This document shows, one piece after another, positions 10,693-18,980 of a DNA stretch of 51,538 nucleotides (its first letter is position 1; every line of letters begins with the position of its first letter). The stretch is from Eubacterium sp. (GTDB taxonomy: Bacteria > Bacillota > Clostridia > Oscillospirales > Acutalibacteraceae). The notes under the pieces are model-generated. The model saw only the letters and a list, made by a program, of their open reading frames with translations. It searched no databases and was not told where the DNA came from. Position numbers and translations under genes: made by a program. Location: positions 1 through 51,538 of the forward strand of contig JALEZT010000012.1 of the NCBI GenBank assembly GCA_022772725.1. The letters run 5' to 3'.

Positions 10693-12261
10693 ATGAGCAA
10701 TTACGATGTTGACGACATTCTTAAAGAGGTCCGAAAAAGAAGAGAAGAAAACGAAGCCCTTATAAAAGGGGTTGAAGCCGAAAGCAACGAAGAGCAGAAG
10801 GTTGATGAAGAAATCGAAGAAGCTCCTTCTGCCGAGGATATAATTGAAGAAACGGCGCAGGATATGCTTTACGCCGAGGAAGAAATTGAAAAAAGCGAGC
10901 CGGCTCAGCCCGAAGTGCAAAAGGACGAGCCCACCGAAAAGGAGAATGTTATTTTCTCCGACGAATATGAGGACATAAGCAGTTCAGCCGAAAAAGGACT
11001 TGCAGACGATGAGCCTCTTATTGTTCGCAAAAGGGATATAGGCGCAATAAATCCTGCCGAGCTTTACAGCGACGAAAGCGAAAAAAGGCAGAAAAACAGA
11101 AAAGAGAAAAAGAAGAAAACCAAAAAAAGAAAAATTATAAGAGCAATTCTTATAGGAATTTTAATTCTTGTTATCGGCTGCGGAATAGGCGCATATATTT
11201 ATGTTGATACTGCGCTTAATAATGTTACCGATAATGCCGAGCAATCCGAATCCCTTAATGAATGGTCGGGAATGGACGTTCTTAAAGAGGATTTTACACC
11301 GATATATGAGGACCCGAAATCCGAAATTTCCTCATATAAGGATATGCTTAAAACCTGGTATTATAATGGAAAGCCTGTTTCTTCAACTCATGTTTTGAAT
11401 GTTCTTCTTGTTGGCGAGGTCACAAGAGACGAGGAGGTAACAGACGAGGAAACAAGAGCCGATTCTGCAATTATCGTCAGCGTTAATATAGACACGGGCG
11501 AAATAGTTTTAACCTCAATATTAAGAGATTCATATTGCTATTATGAGGTTAAATCGGGAGATAAGGAAAGCGGCAAATACGGCAAAATTAATGAAGCAAT
11601 GATGTACGGCGGAATAGATTGCTATATCAGAGCCGTTGAAAACAACTTTAAGATAAATATAGACAACTATGTTATAGTTAATTTTGACAGCTTCCAAAAA
11701 ATTATTGACGCCGTTGGCGGTGTTGATGTTGAAATGACTAAGGCTGAAATTAACGAAATCAACAATCATCAAAAGCGCTATGACCATGTAACCATTGACG
11801 CCGAGCCGGGTATGGTTCATCTTGACGGCTATCAGGCACTTGCATACTGCCGAATTAGAAAGATTGACTCAGACGGAGTTAGAGCAGACAGGCAAAAAAC
11901 CGTTTTGCTCCAAATTTTTGATAAGATGAAGAATGCCTCAACAGTAAAAATTCTTGAGGTTGCAAATTCTCTTTTGCCTTATGTTAAAACGGGATACAGC
12001 AAATCAGAGGTTATTTCGATTGCAAGCTATGCGCTGAAAAACGGCTGGCTTGGCTACACAACTCAAACCTGCACCGTTCCCTCTAACGAAACAGACGAAA
12101 ACGGCGAGGTTATAACCACCTGCAAGGGCGGAACCTTTTACGGCACTTGGTGCTGGAAGGTAGATTTTCCGCTTTCCGCACAGCTTTTGCAAAAACGAAT
12201 TTACGGAAAAACAAATATTACTCTTGCAGAAAAAAGAGCTAAATTTTTAAATCTGCAATAA
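10693..12261 (+). CDS. LCP family cell-envelope phosphotransferase with long acidic N-terminal cytoplasmic region
   Basis: Basic patch and TM helix, then RADSAII, SILRDSY, KINEA, IIDAVGGV, LDGYQALAYCRIRKIDSDGVRADRQ. Confidence 0.9.
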   Translation: MSNYDVDDILKEVRKRREENEALIKGVEAESNEEQKVDEEIEEAPSAEDIIEETAQDMLYAEEEIEKSEPAQPEVQKDEPTEKENVIFSDEYEDISSSAEKGLADDEPLIVRKRDIGAINPAELYSDESEKRQKNRKEKKKKTKKRKIIRAILIGILILVIGCGIGAYIYVDTALNNVTDNAEQSESLNEWSGMDVLKEDFTPIYEDPKSEISSYKDMLKTWYYNGKPVSSTHVLNVLLVGEVTRDEEVTDEETRADSAIIVSVNIDTGEIVLTSILRDSYCYYEVKSGDKESGKYGKINEAMMYGGIDCYIRAVENNFKINIDNYVIVNFDSFQKIIDAVGGVDVEMTKAEINEINNHQKRYDHVTIDAEPGMVHLDGYQALAYCRIRKIDSDGVRADRQKTVLLQIFDKMKNASTVKILEVANSLLPYVKTGYSKSEVISIASYALKNGWLGYTTQTCTVPSNETDENGEVITTCKGGTFYGTWCWKVDFPLSAQLLQKRIYGKTNITLAEKRAKFLNLQ

Positions 12262-12267
12262 AGGAAG

Positions 12268-12996
12268 ATGATAGCAGTGCCTCCAATCACTGAATTTTGG
12301 GGATTTTTAATAAGACTTTTAATTGCCGTTACGCTCGGAACGGTTATAGGAACGGAACGCCAGCTTACAAAGCATATGACGGGAATTGTTACTAATGTTA
12401 TAGTTTGCGTTGGTGCCTTCGCCTTTACGGCGTTTTCATATCTTGCCGCAAAGGAAAATGCCGGAACAGATGTTACGCGTATTGCGGCGCAGATTGTTTC
12501 GGGTATCGGCTTTCTCGGTGCCGGCGTTATCATCAGCGACGGCACAAAGGTTAAAGGTATAAACACGGCGGCTTCAATTTGGGCGGCGGCGTCAGTCGGT
12601 ATCCTCTGCTGCCTTGACAAATACTGGTATGCAGTTGCCGTTGCGGGAACGATAGTTTTTTCACACCTCATTATTCATCCTGTTTCGGATTTTATCCAAA
12701 AGCGTCAGCAGTATGACAAGGAAAAAACAAAAAAGCTTGAATCGTTTTACAGAATTTCAATCGTCTGCTCCGAGGATAATGCAGATGAAATAAAAACAAA
12801 CCTTATTCAATATCTTCGCGAAATAGACGATATCCTTTTGCGCAACCTTGAAATGAGCGACCAGGACAACGGCAATGTTAAGGTGCGTGCGGAGATTTCA
12901 ACAAAAACGAAAAACAACGAGCTTGTTGAACACATCATAACCCATGTGGGCAAGCACGAAAACATTATTTCAACAGGCTGGAAGCACATAGATTAA
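12268..12996 (+). CDS. MgtC/SapB family membrane protein
   Basis: IGTERQ, TRIAAQIVSGIGFLGAGVI, GINTAASIW. C-terminal ACT-like domain. Confidence 0.92.
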   Translation: MIAVPPITEFWGFLIRLLIAVTLGTVIGTERQLTKHMTGIVTNVIVCVGAFAFTAFSYLAAKENAGTDVTRIAAQIVSGIGFLGAGVIISDGTKVKGINTAASIWAAASVGILCCLDKYWYAVAVAGTIVFSHLIIHPVSDFIQKRQQYDKEKTKKLESFYRISIVCSEDNADEIKTNLIQYLREIDDILLRNLEMSDQDNGNVKVRAEISTKTKNNELVEHIITHVGKHENIISTGWKHID

Positions 12997-12998
12997 AT

Positions 12999-13035
12999 AA
13001 AAAAACAGAACGGATTTTTTCCGTTCTGTTTTTTT
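12999..13035. terminator. Bidirectional intrinsic terminator
   Basis: AAAAAAACAGAACGGA-loop-TCCGTTCTGTTTTTTT. Confidence 0.85.
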
Positions 13036-13512
13036 GTAGGGGTCGGTTTCCACGCCGACCCGTTTTATTCGGCAGAAACAAGGAATTCGGCAGGAGTAAA
13101 CCCCTGCCCTACGGGGTATATAAAACCCAAATGATATTTTGTAGGGGACGGGTTGCCCGTCCCGATTAAACGGGAAAACACAGTTTTCCCCTACGGTGTT
13201 ACATTAAGGTTATATAACGATTTAAATGTATTTTCGTAGGGGTCGGTTTCCACGCCGACCCGTTTTTAATCATTGTTTTTATAGCGAAATGCCGAGGACG
13301 GCGTTCCTTTTTATGTTTCACAACCGTAAAAAAAACAATCATATCCCGTAGGGGCGAACTGCGTTCGCCCGCTTTTGCTTCAATGCGTTTCATACGGGGA
13401 ACAATTAAACCCAAATGATATTTTGTAGGGAGCGGCGGTCTCACCTGTCGATTCGGTCGGTGCTTCTGCTGACGCAGAGGTGTCCACCGGACACCCGCAC
13501 CCCCGACGCTCC
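13036..13512. repeat. Cluster of GTAG-type REP-like palindromes (BIME/REPIN-like mosaic)
   Basis: GTAG+hairpin units at 13036-13062(+), 13088-13112(-), 13141-13164(+), 13171-13194(-), 13236-13262(+, identical to the first), 13348-13371(+) and 13425-13512(+, with an insert). One degenerate unit near 13284-13309. Confidence 0.85.
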
Positions 13513-13549
13513 AAAAATTAATTAAACTTATGTTGGGTCTGCGGCGGCA

Positions 13550-14197
13550 TTATAATTCTTCGCTTTCGCCTTCGTATGTTTTTGTTGAAATCGGAGAGGT
13601 GTCGGCAACCTCTAACTTATTCGCACGCATCCAAAGCGACGGAGTTATGCGAAGCTTATAACCGTAGCCTGCGTCCATCTGCCAATGCGCCATAGGAGCC
13701 TCGGGCAATCCGTAGCACGCAAGAATTGTCATAAGCACTCCTGCGTGGCCGACTATTGCGCAGGTTTGCGTGCCCGATTTAATAAGACCGTCAACAATTT
13801 TTTCAAACGCACTGCAAACGCGATGAATAAATTCCGCGTTGCTTTCGCCGTAAGGCGGACGGGCGTGCATATCTCCGCGAAGCCAATTTTTGAAATCCTC
13901 ATTGCTTTCAAGGTCCTTCGCCGTGCACTCCTCAAACTCGCCGAAATTATATTCGATAAGGTCATTTATTACAATTGGGTTATTTTTCGGAAACATTATG
14001 TTAGCAGAATCAACACACCTTTTAAGAGGCGAGGAAAAGACCGCCTCCACCTGCGGATAGTGATGCTTTGCCTTGATAGAATGAAGCGCTGATATACTAT
14101 CACTTGTTAGCGGATAATCCGTATGCCCAATATACTGTGCGTTTAGATTTCCTTTTGTTAAGCCGTGGCGAAAAAGATAAACCGTAAAAGTTTTCAT
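13550..14197 (-). CDS. Histidine phosphatase superfamily protein (CobC/GpmB-like)
   Basis: LFRHGLT, SSPLKRC, EYNFGEFE, PPYGES, VGHAGV. Confidence 0.9.
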   Translation of the reverse strand: MKTFTVYLFRHGLTKGNLNAQYIGHTDYPLTSDSISALHSIKAKHHYPQVEAVFSSPLKRCVDSANIMFPKNNPIVINDLIEYNFGEFEECTAKDLESNEDFKNWLRGDMHARPPYGESNAEFIHRVCSAFEKIVDGLIKSGTQTCAIVGHAGVLMTILACYGLPEAPMAHWQMDAGYGYKLRITPSLWMRANKLEVADTSPISTKTYEGESEEL

Positions 14198-14278
14198 ATA
14201 CTAACTCCCTTTTTTTGTAAGAATTTTTTGAAGAAAAAGAGTGAATAATTACAATTTGTTTACAAAGAAAAGTTTTGC

Positions 14279-14307
14279 TTTACAAAAGTGAATACAAGCA
14301 GTATAAT
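14279..14307 (+). promoter_or_regulatory. sigmaA promoter of the XRE regulator
   Basis: TTTACA-N17-TATAAT. Confidence 0.55.
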
Positions 14308-14356
14308 TACACATAGTATAACAGTTGCTAAAATTTGTAAAGCCAGGTAAAGATTT

Positions 14357-15004
14357 ATGTCTGATAATAAAAAAACAGAGAACGGAAAAACCTCAAGGTT
14401 TGCTTCCGTTCTTTCTCAACTTAGAAAAGAAAGAGGATGCAGCCAGAAAAAAGCCGCCGCTGACTTGGGAATAAGCCAGGCTCTTTTGAGCCATTACGAA
14501 AAGGGTATTCGCGAATGCGGTCTTGATTTCGTTATTAAGTGCAGTGAATATTACGGCGTTACAACCGATTATCTGCTCGGTGTTTCAAACAGCAGATACG
14601 GTCTTGACGAGGAATATATTCTTAATCTTTCAAAGGATAATATTGAAGGCTCATCAATGGCAACGCTTTTGCAGGGAACAAGAATTTTAACCGACACTGC
14701 CGTTGCCTGCGCGCCCGAAAACAATATTGCGCAGTATCTTAAAGATTATTATTCGCTTTGCCTTTACCGCGGAGCGCTAACGCTTGCAAAGGCGGGTGTT
14801 TTGCCGTCTGATATGTTTAGGCTTGATTATAATATCGGCCACGAGCTTGCCTCCGCCGCTATTGCGGTTCTTGATTCAAGATTTGCCTTTATTGAGGATA
14901 AATCAAGAACGGGAATGGACAGCGTTAATAAAAATGCGCTTCACACAATTATTGAAGAGGCAGAGGAATATATTATGAATAACTTTATCGGAATATCCGA
15001 TTAA
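14357..15004 (+). CDS. XRE-family HTH transcriptional regulator
   Basis: LRKERGCSQKKAAADLGISQALLSHYEKGIRE...YYGVTTDYLLG, plus an uncharacterised C-terminal domain. Confidence 0.9.
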   Translation: MSDNKKTENGKTSRFASVLSQLRKERGCSQKKAAADLGISQALLSHYEKGIRECGLDFVIKCSEYYGVTTDYLLGVSNSRYGLDEEYILNLSKDNIEGSSMATLLQGTRILTDTAVACAPENNIAQYLKDYYSLCLYRGALTLAKAGVLPSDMFRLDYNIGHELASAAIAVLDSRFAFIEDKSRTGMDSVNKNALHTIIEEAEEYIMNNFIGISD

Positions 15005-15705
15005 AGCTCCATCTGCGTTTCTTCACTTTCAATATATTTAAGTATAACCGCCGTAGATTTTTCTGCGGCGATTTTTTTGAAGGTTGGATAATCAATTGCG
15101 GCGGCTTCGTCTCCCCCGTCGCTTATCGTTCTTAAAACTGCAAACGGAATATTGTTTGCGGCGCAGGTGTGGCCTATTGCCGCCCCCTCCATTTCTCCGC
15201 AAACGGCGGAAAACTCCTTTGCGATAAAGGCTTTCAGCTCGGCGCTTGCAATAAAGGTGTCGCCGCTGGCAACCGTTCCCCTATGAATTTTTTCGCCCGA
15301 ATTGATTGCAATGCGCGCAAGCTTGTCTGAAATTTCGGGGTCTGCTTCAATTTTAATTTTATTTAAGCCGTTTATAAAGCCCCTCGGCTCGCCGAGAGCG
15401 GAAATATCAATATCGTATTCGCACACATCGCTTGCAATAACTATATTTTTAACGGCAACATCACTGCGAAGAGAACAGCCAACGCCCGTGTTTATTATTT
15501 TATCCGGCTTATAATTATCAATCATTGCCTGAGCGCACAATGCGGCGTTTACCTTTCCGGGAGAGCACATTGCCGCGCACACCATAACGCTTCCTATATA
15601 TCCGCAAACAAAACGGCAGGAAGCCGTTTCGGTTACAACCGGATTTTTTATTCTTTTTTGGATTTCAAGGATTTCAATATCCATTGCGCCGATAATTCCC
15701 AGCAT
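15001..15705 (-). CDS. mtnN: 5'-methylthioadenosine/S-adenosylhomocysteine nucleosidase
   Basis: LGIIGAMDIE, GKVNAA, IINTG, ASGDTFI, EMEGAAI, RTISD. Confidence 0.9.
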   Translation of the reverse strand: MLGIIGAMDIEILEIQKRIKNPVVTETASCRFVCGYIGSVMVCAAMCSPGKVNAALCAQAMIDNYKPDKIINTGVGCSLRSDVAVKNIVIASDVCEYDIDISALGEPRGFINGLNKIKIEADPEISDKLARIAINSGEKIHRGTVASGDTFIASAELKAFIAKEFSAVCGEMEGAAIGHTCAANNIPFAVLRTISDGGDEAAAIDYPTFKKIAAEKSTAVILKYIESEETQMEL

Positions 15706-15777
15706 TGCAAAATCCTCCTGCGTTCATAATAATTTTTTGATTTTATAAAATGCTCTTGCGGTTTGCACAGAGCACCT

Positions 15778-15793
15778 CCACTAAATATAGTGT
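15778..15793. promoter_or_regulatory. Putative NrdR box next to the mtnN promoter
   Basis: CCACTAAATATAGTGT is close to the NrdR consensus acaCwAtATaTwGtg. It lies directly downstream of a minus-strand TATAAT (15795-15800) with TTGTTT 17 nt upstream. Confidence 0.55.
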
Positions 15794-15840
15794 TATTATA
15801 ATATATAATTTTAATAAAAACAAGATTTATTATTTTTTAG

Positions 15841-15870
15841 TTGACAAGTCAGTATTTTTTAATATATAAT
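15841..15870 (+). promoter_or_regulatory. rpmH operon promoter
   Basis: TTGACA-N18-TATAAT. Confidence 0.7.
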
Positions 15871-16003
15871 ACTATTCGCTAATGTGGATTATGGGGAGAA
15901 GTGTTTTTTCTGCCCTAATCATATTATTGTTTGTGCCTGCACTATACCGTGCAGAGAATATAAAGATTAAGACAAGTTTAGTCTGTGAAAGGTAGTGAAT
16001 TTG

Positions 16004-16138
16004 ATGAAAAGAACATTTCAGCCGAAAAAGAGACATGCAAAGATGGAACACGGTTTCAGAAAGAGAATGTCAACCAAAAACGGAAGAAAAGTATTGGCTC
16101 GCCGCCGTGCAAAGGGCAGAAAGCAGCTTTCTTACTGA
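16004..16138 (+). CDS. rpmH: 50S ribosomal protein L34
   Basis: Below the ORF-track length cutoff. Manual translation: [44 protein letters not shown]. Confidence 0.98.
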   Translation: MKRTFQPKKRHAKMEHGFRKRMSTKNGRKVLARRRAKGRKQLSY

Positions 16139-16171
16139 TTGCCGCTTAACAGTCGTTAAAGGAATGGTTAA

Positions 16172-16504
16172 GTGAAAAGCACAGCCATAAAGGAAAACAA
16201 GGATTTCCGCCGTTTATATTACCGTGGAAAAAGCTCGGCGTCGCCCTGTCCTGTAACATATATAATGAAAAACGGCAGAGGCGAAACAAGAGTGGGTATA
16301 ACGAGCAGCAAAAAAATCGGCGGCGCAGTTCAGCGAAACCGCGCGCGCAGAGTTATTAGGGCGGCTTTTTCTTCAATGGAAGACAAGCTCCTTTTCAACT
16401 GCGATATAGTTTTTGTTGCCAGAACAAAAACAACTCAGGTTAAAATGCAGCAGGTGCTTTTTGATATGGAAAAGCAATTGCGTGAATTGGGAGCAATAAA
16501 GTGA
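16172..16504 (+). CDS. rnpA: Ribonuclease P protein component
   Basis: [21 protein letters not shown] (RNR motif). Follows rpmH. Confidence 0.97.
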   Translation: MKSTAIKENKDFRRLYYRGKSSASPCPVTYIMKNGRGETRVGITSSKKIGGAVQRNRARRVIRAAFSSMEDKLLFNCDIVFVARTKTTQVKMQQVLFDMEKQLRELGAIK

Positions 16505-16752
16505 AAAATCCGATTAAAAAGCTGATGATATTTTTAATCAGAACATATCAAATGACGATAAGCCCAAGATTTTCAAACGGCTCGTGCCGCTACACTCCAA
16601 CCTGCTCGCAATATGCAATTGAGGCTATTGAAATTCACGGAATTTTTAAGGGAACGCTTCTTGCAATAAGGCGGATTTTAAGGTGCAATCCTTTTTTCAA
16701 GGGAGGGTATGATCCTGTGCCTCCCAAAAAAAATAAAAATGAGGACAACTAA
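16501..16752 (+). CDS. yidD: Membrane protein insertion efficiency factor YidD
   Basis: [14 protein letters not shown]...[17 protein letters not shown]. Confidence 0.96.
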   Translation: MKNPIKKLMIFLIRTYQMTISPRFSNGSCRYTPTCSQYAIEAIEIHGIFKGTLLAIRRILRCNPFFKGGYDPVPPKKNKNEDN

Positions 16753-17783
16753 TGCTTAATATGTTTATTAACCCGGTGCTTATGGCGGTTTCCGAGGGAA
16801 CAGGCTTTTTAAAGCCGCTTTATTGGCTTTTCGGACGCTGTATGGAATTTCTGCTTACCGCGCTTAACAATGAATATTTCATTGCAATTATCATATTTAC
16901 GATTTTAACGCGCTTGGTTTTGCTTCCCGTAAATATTCATCAGCAGAAAACAACGGCGCAAACTGCAAGGATTCAGCCGAAAATCCAAAAAATTCAAAAA
17001 AAATATAACATCAGTGCCATAAGCGACCCAAGAGAACGCCAAAAAGCACAGTCAAGGCTTAACGAGGAAATGCAGGATTTATATGCACGCGAAGGTCATA
17101 ATCCTATGCAGATGGGCTGCGGACCTATGATTTTCCAGATGGTTTTCCTTATGGGAATTATCGGAATTATCTATTATCCTCTTTCTTATGTTATAAACAT
17201 TCCGAATTTCGGAGAATATTCAGAGCAGTTAACTGAATTTGTTAAGAGCTTTTTGGGAATAGAAGGAAAAACAACCTTTTATCTTCAACTTTCAATTCTT
17301 GAAAACTGGAACGCAATGAAGGACTCGCTTGTTGCGCAGTTCCCCGATTTGTTCACCGCCGACAAGATTTCGGCAATAGAGAGCTACCGTTCCGGACTTT
17401 ATATAGGCTCTCTTGATATGACGGCTATTCCGCATTGGAAGGACGGCTTAATTGTTATTATTCCGATTCTTTCACTTGCAACCTCACTCGGCTCGTCAAT
17501 CATTTCAATGATTATTCAAAAGAAAAACAATCCTGCCGCGGCTCAGCAGATGGGCAGTATGATGATGATGATGCTTATGATGCCTCTCTTCTCATTCTAC
17601 ATTGCATTTAAGGTTCCCGCAGCGGTAGGTTTCTATTGGATTGTTTCAAATGTTGTTGCAATCCTTCAACAGTTATTTATTGCAAAATTCTATCCTCCTC
17701 GCAAGAGCCAGGCAAAGCTTATGCTTGATAACACGATTTACCGCCGTTCAAGAGAGGCAAGCATAAAGCAGATGAATAAATAA
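16752..17783 (+). CDS. yidC: YidC/Oxa1 membrane protein insertase
   Basis: AIIIFTILTRLVLLP, NPMQMGCGPM, PAAVGFYWIVSN. Synteny. Confidence 0.93.
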   Translation: MLNMFINPVLMAVSEGTGFLKPLYWLFGRCMEFLLTALNNEYFIAIIIFTILTRLVLLPVNIHQQKTTAQTARIQPKIQKIQKKYNISAISDPRERQKAQSRLNEEMQDLYAREGHNPMQMGCGPMIFQMVFLMGIIGIIYYPLSYVINIPNFGEYSEQLTEFVKSFLGIEGKTTFYLQLSILENWNAMKDSLVAQFPDLFTADKISAIESYRSGLYIGSLDMTAIPHWKDGLIVIIPILSLATSLGSSIISMIIQKKNNPAAAQQMGSMMMMMLMMPLFSFYIAFKVPAAVGFYWIVSNVVAILQQLFIAKFYPPRKSQAKLMLDNTIYRRSREASIKQMNK

Positions 17784-17856
17784 CGCAGTCTGCGGCTCGC
17801 AGGCAGACTTATATTAAAACTTTTCCTTCAACTGCGGGCGGAAAGGCAAAAATAAT

Positions 17857-18825
17857 ATGAAATACGAATTTATCGGAAAGGGCAAAACCCGCGAGGAAGC
17901 GTCTGCCGCCGCAAAAGCAGGCTTAACCGCGCTTCTTTCAAAAGAGGGCATTGCAAATCCGAATGAAGCATATTTTCACGAAGAGCTTATCGCAATGCCG
18001 AAGAAAAAAATTCTCGGTCTTTTCGGCGGAAGCGACGCTGAGGTGAAATTCTGTTATGACGACGGCAAAAAGGCTAAAAAGCCTGCACAGAAAAAGCAGG
18101 CAAAGCCGCAGTCGGCAAAAAAAGAGGCTCCTGCAAAAGCAGAGGCAAAGAGCGCTCCTAAGAAGGCACAGCCTAAAAAGGAAGCGCCTGCCGCTATCGA
18201 AAAGGCTCCTCGTGAGCATAACGAGGAAGAAAAAATTACCGAAAACGATATTGATATGGAAACAACGCTTGCCTATGTAAGCGAAATGCTTAAAGGTCTT
18301 AATGTTGAGGATGCAAAGGTTAGCGGCGCAGTTGTTGACGGTGTTCTTGAAATCACTGTTGACACAGAGGACTGCGGTATCATTATCGGCAGAAGAGGCG
18401 AAACGCTTGACGCTATTCAGTATCTTACAAGCCTTATCGCAAAGAAAAAGAGCGGTAAATATGTTAGGGTTGTTCTTAATGTTGCAGATTACCGCGAAAA
18501 AAGAACAGAGGCGGTAAGAGCACTTGCACGCAAGAACGCCGAATATGTTTTAAGAACAGGCAGACGCCACACCTTTGAGCCGATGAACCCGTTTGAAAGA
18601 AGACTTATTCACACAACAATTCAGGAAATTGACGGTGTTGAATCTGTTTCAATCGGCTACGGTGCAGACAGAAGAGTTGTTATTCAGCCCGAGGGCGGAG
18701 TAAAATATCAGTCAAGAGACAGAGGCTATTCAAGAAGAAGCTCCTCTGCTCCTGCAAAGAAAGCGGCTCCTGCACCGAAGGATTTTACCAAATTCGGCAA
18801 AATCGAAGTTAATAAAGAAGATTAA
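17857..18825 (+). CDS. jag: Jag/KhpB (EloR) RNA-binding protein, KH + R3H
   Basis: IIIGRRGETLDAIQYL (KH), PMNPFERRLIH (R3H), Lys/Ala/Pro-rich linker. Confidence 0.95.
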   Translation: MKYEFIGKGKTREEASAAAKAGLTALLSKEGIANPNEAYFHEELIAMPKKKILGLFGGSDAEVKFCYDDGKKAKKPAQKKQAKPQSAKKEAPAKAEAKSAPKKAQPKKEAPAAIEKAPREHNEEEKITENDIDMETTLAYVSEMLKGLNVEDAKVSGAVVDGVLEITVDTEDCGIIIGRRGETLDAIQYLTSLIAKKKSGKYVRVVLNVADYREKRTEAVRALARKNAEYVLRTGRRHTFEPMNPFERRLIHTTIQEIDGVESVSIGYGADRRVVIQPEGGVKYQSRDRGYSRRSSSAPAKKAAPAPKDFTKFGKIEVNKED

Positions 18826-18830
18826 TGGTG

Positions 18831-18856
18831 ATAGAGGCGGAGCATTCCGCCTCTAT
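18831..18856 (+). terminator. Hairpin/terminator after jag
   Basis: ATAGAGGCGGA-GCAT-TCCGCCTCTAT. Confidence 0.7.
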
Positions 18857-18879
18857 TATTATAAGGTTAATTAGTTGTG

Positions 18880-18906
18880 CGGAGTGTCGGGGTCGCCACT
18901 CCCTAC
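18880..18906 (-). repeat. Solo GTAG-type REP
   Basis: Reverse complement is GTAGGGAGTGGCGACCCCGACACTCCG, the same family as the outer arms of 13425-13512. Confidence 0.75.
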
Positions 18907-18980
18907 ATAATTTTAATTTCGGCGTGGTTCAGTCCGCTTTATCGAAAGTCTGATATATATTTTATTTTTGGGAAAGGCAG

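Noticed and set aside
10258-10920. 220-aa antisense ORF and the other shadow ORFs over core genes (e.g. 19476-20222, 39815-40327, 44749-45501, 50390-50896, 12-194)
   Set aside because: They overlap well-supported genes on the opposite strand or in another frame, and have no motifs or RBS.
13199-13444. 81-aa minus-strand ORF
   Set aside because: It is a translation of REP sequence (GERSSPL, GSAWKPTPT), with no RBS or recognisable domain.
13036-13512. Possible CRISPR array (repeated palindromes with spacers)
   Set aside because: Repeats differ in sequence and orientation, spacing is irregular and no cas genes are present. The GTAG+hairpin pattern fits REPs.
17558-17582. (ATG)n microsatellite as a phase-variation tract
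   Set aside because: It is an in-frame Met-rich stretch typical of YidC TM segments, and triplet slippage would not shift the frame.
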